A stretch of DNA of 64,000 nt from Heterodontus francisci. Taxonomy: Eukaryota. Shown piece after piece: positions 62,850-64,000 of the stretch. Both the position numbers and the translations under genes were made by a program. Each line of letters opens with the position of its first letter. Positions within the stretch are counted from its first letter, which is position 1. The notes under the pieces are model-generated. The model saw only the letters and a program-made list of their open reading frames with translations. It made no database searches and had not been told where the DNA came from. The stretch lies in the NCBI RefSeq assembly GCF_036365525.1, contig NC_090387.1:88577691-88641690 (forward strand), given 5' to 3'.

Positions 62850-63300
62850 TGTTAAGCAAATATGGAGGCGGGGAAACGGGGAAGGGATGAAGCAACAAAA
62901 GGAAAGGATTTTAATAAGGTGGAAGGCAGGAGTGTCAAACGACAAAAGGGTGCAAGGAAAAGTGGAAGTGGCTACAGGACAAGGGAAGTAACAAAATAGA
63001 TCCATTGGAACATTAAATGACAACAATAGAGTCATTAATAGCAGCTGCTGTCTGGAAAAAAAACCGTAGTAGTGCTTATGATCTGAAATTATTCGGCTCA
63101 ATGTTGTGTATGAAATGCTGGAAAATACATAAGCAACAAAAGGTGAAGTCCCTCCACTTCATCGGAACAGTGTAGAAGGCCGTGAACAGTGAGGTTGGAG
63201 TGGGAGTGGGAGGGAGAATTAAAATGACAAGGGGCCAAAATCGCAGGGCCATACTTGCGGACTGAACGGAGATGGTCACCCAATCTATGTTTAGTCTCCA
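62850..63300 (-). mobile_element. Old Penelope-like fragment
   Basis: ETKHRLGDHLRSVRK...CHFNSPSHSHS on the minus strand. Confidence 0.6.
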
Positions 63301-63749
63301 AAAAGCAAAATAGTGCATAATAGACGAGCATAAAGCTTATGCCACAGGAATAGTAACCCAAATGCCTGAACGAACGACCCAGACACACGAGGTCAAATAT
63401 TCGGAAGCAACTGAGGAATTCAAATTTCCTAATTCAATTACCAGATGGAGTCCCTGCAACTCACGGATGGTGGAAAAAACATTTGGTTCACGCATGTCTT
63501 TCAAGGAAGACCGTCTACCATCCTTACCCAGTCTGACTTATCTGCGACACCAGATCTGCTGCAATGCGGATGACTCTAAACCACCTTCTGCATTGGCCGT
63601 GCAAACTAAGTAGGTGCAGTATAGTGCTATAATATCCCTATAATGAGTCAGATGGATCATTCAGCATTGAACAAGACACTGGAAAAAAAAAGAAAAAAAG
63701 GACCAGAAGTAGACCATTTGTCCCTTAGAGCCTGCTTCGCCATTCATTA

Positions 63750-64000
63750 CGATTTATTTTTTTATTTTATTTAGAGATGCAGCACTGAAACAGGCCCTTT
63801 GGCCCACCGAGTCTGTGCCGACCATCAACCTCCCATTTATACTAATCCTACACTAATCCCATATTCCTACCACATCCCCACCTGTCCCTGTATTCTCCTA
63901 CCACCTACCTATACTAGGGGCAATTTATAATGGCCAATTTACCTATCAACCTGCAAGTCTTTTGGTGGTGGGAGGAAACCGGAGTACCCGACGAAAACCC
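63750..64000 (-). mobile_element. V-SINE, truncated by the window end
   Basis: Reverse complement of the SINE 3' two-thirds. Confidence 0.88.

Noticed and set aside
1-64000. CRISPR array or prokaryotic operon/defence system
   Set aside because: The DNA is vertebrate intron/TE sequence with no regularly spaced direct repeats or dense operonic ORFs.

Overview
This is repeat-rich eukaryotic genomic DNA, very probably from a shark or ray. That assignment rests on HE1/V-SINE-type SINEs, SacSINE1-like Deu-SINEs, abundant CR1 LINEs and Penelope fragments; the species cannot be fixed from sequence alone. The only host genes I can support are two paralogous, intron-containing Ig-superfamily receptor genes lying head-to-head about 28.6 kb apart: gene A (minus strand, ATG 10625) and gene B (plus strand, ATG 39225). 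Both have a leader, a single germline-joined V(J)-type exon, one C1-set exon, a TM exon with a stalk Cys and a membrane Arg, and a 44-nt cytoplasmic exon. This is an antigen-receptor-like but non-rearranging architecture. Gene B has a SIRP-alpha-like tail in which all four ITIM/ITSM-like motifs are degenerate. In gene A, a young CR1 LINE with an 894-codon open ORF and a GATCCT target-site duplication has inserted into the cytoplasmic exon and supplies a premature stop. The rest of the window is nested transposons: CR1/L2 LINEs, a split Helitron helicase fossil, two Gmr1-like Gypsy elements, a solo LTR, Penelope fragments with minimal hammerhead ribozymes, a 1.2-kb foldback element just upstream of gene A, and three local inverted duplications. 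All gene models are manual and lack transcript support.
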